In this document: positions 59,554 to 64,000 of the stretch, one piece after another | How the letters are laid out: each line of letters begins with the position of its first letter | How positions within the stretch are numbered: position 1 is the stretch's first letter | From: Candidatus Poriferihabitaceae bacterium | Lineage (GTDB): Bacteria > Pseudomonadota > Gammaproteobacteria > Arenicellales > Poriferihabitantaceae | Length of the DNA: 64,000 bases | Direction of reading: 5' to 3' | Assembly: GCA_965203365.1 (NCBI GenBank) | Contig: OZ241878.1 | Coordinates: 3,598,962-3,662,961 of the forward strand | Translations under genes and position numbers: made by a program | Notes under the pieces: generated by a model | What the model saw: only the letters and a program-made list of their open reading frames with translations | Told to the model about the DNA's origin: nothing | Database searches by the model: none

Positions 59554-60306
59554 ATGCGAAACGAGCCGGAAAAACTCGCTGTGGAAGGGAATGCCTCCAT
59601 CAATGTCCGGGTTTGGCGTGGAGATGGAACCGGAGGCGAATGGATGCGTTATCCGGTGGATGCCCGGGCCAATCAAACCGTGCTGGATGTCGTTACTTGG
59701 ATACAGCGACACCTTGCCCCGGACCTCGCCTATCGCTTCGCCTGCCGTGTGGGAGTGTGCGGCTCCTGTGCGATGATGGTCAATGGTGAACCGCGATGGA
59801 CCTGCCGGACTCATGTCGACCAAGTGATGAGAAATGGCGAACTGTCGATTGGGCCACTCCGTAACCTGCCGGTGGTGCGGGACCTTGCCTGTGACATGAC
59901 GGCATTCTTTGATCGTTGGCGTGATGCGCATGGTGTATTCGTGCCCGGCACCGACCGACAGCAGCCCCTGCCCTTGGTTCTGCCTGACTCGGCACCACGT
60001 CGCGCCGCCGACCTGGCCATTGAATGCATCAATTGTGCCGTCTGTTATGCGGCTTGCGACGTCGTTGCCTGGAAACCGGATTATCTTGGACCGGCAGCAT
60101 TGAACCGGGCTTGGTCCTTGGTCAATGATGAACGGGATCAGGGCAACCCGGAACGTATGCGGGCAGTGTCGGGAGATGCGGGCTGCCATAACTGTCATTC
60201 CCTTCAAAACTGCACTCGATACTGTCCCAGTCTGTTGGACCCGGGAAGATCCATAGCCGGGTTGAAGCGGATCACCTTTAGAGCGGCACTCAACAGGAAA
60301 CTGTAA
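59554..60306 (+). CDS. Succinate dehydrogenase/fumarate reductase iron-sulfur subunit
   Basis: [2Fe-2S] CRVGVCGSCAMMVNG. [4Fe-4S] CINCAVCYAAC. Third cluster CHNCHSLQNCTRYCP, which carries one extra Cys upstream of the Cx5Cx3CP pattern. Confidence 0.9.
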   Translation: MRNEPEKLAVEGNASINVRVWRGDGTGGEWMRYPVDARANQTVLDVVTWIQRHLAPDLAYRFACRVGVCGSCAMMVNGEPRWTCRTHVDQVMRNGELSIGPLRNLPVVRDLACDMTAFFDRWRDAHGVFVPGTDRQQPLPLVLPDSAPRRAADLAIECINCAVCYAACDVVAWKPDYLGPAALNRAWSLVNDERDQGNPERMRAVSGDAGCHNCHSLQNCTRYCPSLLDPGRSIAGLKRITFRAALNRKL

Positions 60307-60635
60307 TGCCGGTCCGGTTGTACCTGTTACAGCGGATGAGTGCACTGATCATGGCCCCGTTGGTACTGATCCACCTCGGTGTGATCCTGTATGCGGTGCG
60401 TAGCGGACTGGATGCCGAGACCTTGCTGGAACGCACTAAAGGCAGTTGGTTGTGGGGGGGGATCTATGGCAGTTTTGTGGTAGCGGTGGCCGTGCATGCG
60501 GCGATCGGCTTAAGAACGGTGCTGCACGAGTGGTTACGGTGGCAGGGGCTGGTCTTGAATCTGGCCACTTGGGGGATAGCCATCAGTCTACTGGTCTTGG
60601 GATTTCGGGCCGTCTTCGCGGTGATCTGGTCATGA
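60306..60635 (+). CDS. Small hydrophobic membrane-anchor subunit
   Basis: 109 aa with three hydrophobic helices. Start overlaps the Fe-S subunit stop. Confidence 0.6.
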   Translation: MPVRLYLLQRMSALIMAPLVLIHLGVILYAVRSGLDAETLLERTKGSWLWGGIYGSFVVAVAVHAAIGLRTVLHEWLRWQGLVLNLATWGIAISLLVLGFRAVFAVIWS

Positions 60636-60988
60636 TGGCACCGCATCGCCGACACACGCATTGGCTCGCCTTTATTGTGCATCGACTGTCGGGGATTGCC
60701 TTGTGCGTTTTCCTGCCCGTGCACTTTTGGGTGCTGTCCCTTGCCCTGACGGATCAGACGGCACTGGACCGGTTTTTGCATTGGACCCACCAGCCCGCGG
60801 TTCGAGTAGCGGAGATGGGGCTGATCTTCCTCCTGTCGGTACATCTGTTCGGTGGATTACGGCTCATGGCTCTGGAATGGTTGCCCTGGAACGCCCGACA
60901 AAAAACGTTGATCGCACTAGCGACTGCTCTGTCGGTTTTTCTGACGCTATGGTTTTTTCTGCTCGGGGGGGCCGGACCTGAATCATGA
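60632..60988 (+). CDS. Second membrane-anchor subunit
   Basis: ATG 60632 overlaps the preceding stop (ATGA). 118 aa, three helices, conserved His candidates (FIVHRLSG, LPVHFW). Confidence 0.6.
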   Translation: MMAPHRRHTHWLAFIVHRLSGIALCVFLPVHFWVLSLALTDQTALDRFLHWTHQPAVRVAEMGLIFLLSVHLFGGLRLMALEWLPWNARQKTLIALATALSVFLTLWFFLLGGAGPES

Positions 60989-62745
60989 CCGGGTTGCCCG
61001 TTTTGCATACAGATATCCTGGTGGTTGGAGCCGGTGGCGCGGGCCTGTTCGCTGCGCTGCATGCTTATCAGACCAATCCGGACCTGCATATTACCGTGGC
61101 GGTGAAAGGGTTGCTGGGCAAATGCGGTTGCACACGTATGGTGCAAGGTGGGTACAATGTGGCACTGAATCCATACGATTCGGTGGAACGACATTTCATG
61201 GACACCGTCATCGGTGGCAAATGGTTGCCGCAGCAGGACATGGTCTGGAAGCTGGTGAACACCGCCATTGTTCGGGTCAGGGAACTGGAGAACGAGCTGG
61301 GTTGCTTCTTTGATCGTAACGCTGATGGTAGCCTGCATCACAAGGCGTTTGCCGGGCAGACCTTCGATCGAACCATCCATAAGGGTGATCTGACCGGGAT
61401 TGAGATCATGAACCGCCTAATGGAAAAAATCCGATCGTTGCCACTGGTCGGTTTGGAAGAACATCGTGTGTTGGGCCTGATTCCCGATCAGGCCGGTGAA
61501 CGGGTCGCCGGCGCCCTGATGGTCGATATGCGTAGCGGGGAGTTTCGGTTGGTGCAGGCTCGGGCTATCTTGCTGGCAAGTGGAGGAGGGCCGACGATGT
61601 ACCGTTACCATACCCCTTCGGGAGACAAGTCCATGGATGGTCTTGCCATGGCACTCCGGCGGGGTCTCCCCTTGCGCGACTTGGAGATGGTGCAGTTTCA
61701 CCCCACCGGGCTGTTGGCAGGCCTGGACACCCGGATGACCGGGACAGTGCTGGAAGAGGGGCTGCGAGGGGCGGGCGGGTATTTATTGAATGGGAACGGT
61801 GATCGTTTCTTGCTGGACTATGATCCCGCCGGGGAGCGGGCCACCCGGGATATTGTCAGCCGGGCCATCTATACGGAGATGCGCGAAGGGCGTACCAGTG
61901 CGTTGGGCGGTGTCTTCATCACCTTATCGCATCTTGATGTCGATGTGGTCCGGGCAACATTCCCCGGGATGGTACGTCGTTGTGCTGACTGTGGTTTCGA
62001 CCTGGCGGCCGGTCGGGTGGAGGTGGTGCCGACAGCCCACTACTTCATGGGTGGCCTGGTTTGCGATGCCGAGACCCGAACCGCATTGAAGGGGTTGTAC
62101 GTGGCAGGCGAAGATGCGGCCGGTATGCATGGCGCCAATCGTCTGGGGGGGAACGGGGTAGCGAATTCCACCGTATTCGGCGGGGTCGCGGGGGAAGTCA
62201 TGGCCGCCGATCTGGCAAGTCCCAGCTGGGATGATGAGCTGTCCGGGATGGATCCTGAAGCCATTGACCAAGAAATGTTCCGGGCGCATCGTCCCTTGCA
62301 CAATTCGGAAGGTAGCCTGACCCGGTTGCGGGAGCGTCTGATGGACCAGATGTGGTCGGACGTGGGCATTATCCGTTCCCGGGAGGGTCTGGAGCGCGGA
62401 CTGGCAGAAATTCTGGCCTTGCGGCACGAGTTGCACGATACCGGGATTGGCAATCGGGACCTTCGGTTCAACCTGCAGTGGCATGACTGGCTCAATCTGG
62501 AGAACCTTCTGGATATTTCGGAGGGCATTTGTCGAGCCGCGATTTCGCGGGAAAATTCCCGTGGTGCCCACTACCGTGAAGATTTTCCGTACGCCGGAGA
62601 TCTGGCGTCTTCCACCTATACCGTGGTACAAAGACACCCTGCGGGCTTGTCCGTTACCCGGGTACCGGTGGAGTTCACCATGGTGCGTCCCGGAGAAAGC
62701 CTGCTTCGGGAACCCCAGACCCCCAACGAAGCGAATGCATGTTGA
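60985..62745 (+). CDS. Succinate dehydrogenase/fumarate reductase flavoprotein subunit (no FAD-linking His)
   Basis: DILVVGAGGAGLFAAL dinucleotide fold. FHPTGL, HYFMGGL and GANRLGGNG are family motifs. The position aligned to E. coli SdhA His45 (RSHTVSAQGG) reads CGCTRMVQGG, that is Cys49 (61129..61131). Confidence 0.9.
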   Translation: MTGLPVLHTDILVVGAGGAGLFAALHAYQTNPDLHITVAVKGLLGKCGCTRMVQGGYNVALNPYDSVERHFMDTVIGGKWLPQQDMVWKLVNTAIVRVRELENELGCFFDRNADGSLHHKAFAGQTFDRTIHKGDLTGIEIMNRLMEKIRSLPLVGLEEHRVLGLIPDQAGERVAGALMVDMRSGEFRLVQARAILLASGGGPTMYRYHTPSGDKSMDGLAMALRRGLPLRDLEMVQFHPTGLLAGLDTRMTGTVLEEGLRGAGGYLLNGNGDRFLLDYDPAGERATRDIVSRAIYTEMREGRTSALGGVFITLSHLDVDVVRATFPGMVRRCADCGFDLAAGRVEVVPTAHYFMGGLVCDAETRTALKGLYVAGEDAAGMHGANRLGGNGVANSTVFGGVAGEVMAADLASPSWDDELSGMDPEAIDQEMFRAHRPLHNSEGSLTRLRERLMDQMWSDVGIIRSREGLERGLAEILALRHELHDTGIGNRDLRFNLQWHDWLNLENLLDISEGICRAAISRENSRGAHYREDFPYAGDLASSTYTVVQRHPAGLSVTRVPVEFTMVRPGESLLREPQTPNEANAC

Positions 62746-63704
62746 CGCCAGACGACATTGAAGAAGCCACTGGTCGGATCATGTCCCATGCCGCCATCGA
62801 CATTCCGGAGGATTATCGACAGCGCATCCGACATATGGCCGATAACGAGTCGGGAGATCTGTCCTGTTTCGTGCTACGCACCATGCTGGATAACTGGGAG
62901 GCCGCTTCGGCGGACCGTCGCCCCATGTGTGCGGATTCCGGATTGCCACGGTTCTATGTCAAGGTCGGTGATCGAGCTCGATTTACGGGGGGATTCACGG
63001 ACATCGAGCGGGCCCTTCGCAGCGCCACGGCGCGGGCGACCCATGAGATACCTCTTCGACCCAACCGGGTCCACCCGTTATGGCGAACGGATCACAACAA
63101 CAATGTGGGTATCAATGCGCCGGAAGTGGAGTGGAGCTTTGAGCCGGAAGTCGATTGGATCGAAATCACGACCGTCCATAAGGGAGGGTTGTTTGGGACA
63201 GACTACCGCATGCTGTTTCCGGGGGATGGAATCGACGGTATCAAGCGGTTTTTCCTGGATACGCTGGTGGCCTTTGGCAAGCGGGGGTTGGCCTGTCAAC
63301 CCGCGATTGTCGGTGTCGGTCTGGGGGGGTCCAAAGATATATGCATGGTCCTGGGCAAGCAAGCCGCCTGCCTGCGAGTGGTTGGCGACCGCAATCCGGA
63401 TGCCGGAATTGCCGCGCTGGAAAAGGAATTGCAGGAAATGGGCAATGCGATCGGGATGGGAGCCATGGGCTTTGTCGGCCAATCCATGGTGGCTGACTGC
63501 CATATCGAAGTGGGCTACACCCATACCGGCGGGATGCCGATGAGTGTGCACACCTTCTGTCTGTCTTCACGTCGGGCCACGGTGCAGATACGGGCAGATG
63601 GCTCGACTGAATATCGAACGGATCCCAGATGGTTCACTCCCTATATGCGACGCGAGACCGTGGAATGGCAAACTCCACCCATCACTTCAAGACAGTCCGG
63701 CTGA
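62739..63704 (+). CDS. Fe-S hydro-lyase (class I fumarate/tartrate dehydratase) alpha subunit
   Basis: ATG overlaps the flavoprotein stop by 7 nt. RPMCADSGLP, VGVGLGGS and the C-terminal Cys-containing region are typical of the FumA-N/TtdA type. Confidence 0.85.
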   Translation: MLTPDDIEEATGRIMSHAAIDIPEDYRQRIRHMADNESGDLSCFVLRTMLDNWEAASADRRPMCADSGLPRFYVKVGDRARFTGGFTDIERALRSATARATHEIPLRPNRVHPLWRTDHNNNVGINAPEVEWSFEPEVDWIEITTVHKGGLFGTDYRMLFPGDGIDGIKRFFLDTLVAFGKRGLACQPAIVGVGLGGSKDICMVLGKQAACLRVVGDRNPDAGIAALEKELQEMGNAIGMGAMGFVGQSMVADCHIEVGYTHTGGMPMSVHTFCLSSRRATVQIRADGSTEYRTDPRWFTPYMRRETVEWQTPPITSRQSG

Positions 63705-64000
63705 CCGTTCCGGTCCAGGAGCAAGCCCTCCGTGGATTATCCATCGGGACCATCGTGTACCTTGATGGGGTGATCTATACGGCTCGCGAGGGAGTCTATC
63801 AGCGAGTCATTGGGGAGGGTCATCCCTTGCCGCCCGGGCTGTCGTCGCTCAGCAACGTGAATTTTCATTGCTCGCCCGCTGCAGCGGTCGAACCCGACGG
63901 CCGTTTCAAGGTCGGCGGCGTGACCGCCACAGCCAGCTTCCGATTCGCCCAGTGGATGGTCGAATGGTTCCGGGTGTCCGGTGCCCGCATCGTGATTGGC
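63665..64000 (+). CDS. Fe-S hydro-lyase beta subunit, 3'-truncated by the window end
   Basis: ATG 63665 opens a frame with no stop before 64000: MANSTHHFKTVRLTVP...GTIVYLDGVIYTAREGVYQRV...HCSPAAAVEPDG...GGVTATASFRF (FumA-C/TtdB-like). It is not in the ORF track because it is open-ended. Confidence 0.75.
   Translation, partial: MANSTHHFKTVRLTVPVQEQALRGLSIGTIVYLDGVIYTAREGVYQRVIGEGHPLPPGLSSLSNVNFHCSPAAAVEPDGRFKVGGVTATASFRFAQWMVEWFRVSGARIVIG

Overview
This is a high-GC (by eye, not computed) proteobacterial chromosomal segment. Housekeeping blocks alternate with three horizontally acquired-looking inserts. All calls rest on reading the supplied ORF translations and the DNA; no database search was run.

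Layout, left to right:
- (1) 0.4-6.5 kb: an M24 peptidase; a minus-strand operon of cytochrome c5, enoyl-CoA hydratase and an IPMDH-family dehydrogenase; and an ammonium transporter with a small trailing membrane ORF and a clean terminator.
- (2) 6.6-10.5 kb: mini-island with an IS1595 transposase remnant, a canonical Fic protein and a decayed IS30-family copy.
- (3) 10.8-19.9 kb: trimethylamine/TMAO catabolic cluster. tdm and tmm flank a five-gene HAAT (Liv-type) ABC importer whose binding protein carries a Tat signal.
- (4) 21.2-25.8 kb: lower-GC islet. It carries a 900-aa fused PHP phosphoesterase-Rad50/SMC-like ATPase followed 3 nt later by a Schlafen/AlbA_2-HATPase_c_4 protein. This is my best candidate for an undescribed two-gene defence module.
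- (5) 25.9-37.5 kb: iron-acquisition supercluster. It contains tonB-exbD-exbD-exbB plus a secreted protein with a near-perfect in-frame 390-bp tandem duplication, Fur-box-like sites, a secreted DUF4856-like protein, a fatty-acid-hydroxylase-family membrane protein, fbpABC and bfr.
- (6) 37.9-58.2 kb: accessory/defence island of about 20 kb peppered with IS30-family copies (one intact, two dead, one fragment, one solo end). It contains a dead AlbA_2 paralog, a decayed type II R-M pair, a Fic protein with a degenerate Doc-like motif, AbiEi/AbiEii, and an intact type I R-M operon with an MNT/HEPN pair embedded between hsdM and hsdS.
- (7) 58.3-64 kb: bfd-fur, an sdh/frd-like BCDA operon whose flavoprotein lacks the FAD-linking histidine, and a split class I fumarase.

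I found no rRNA, tRNA or CRISPR array.
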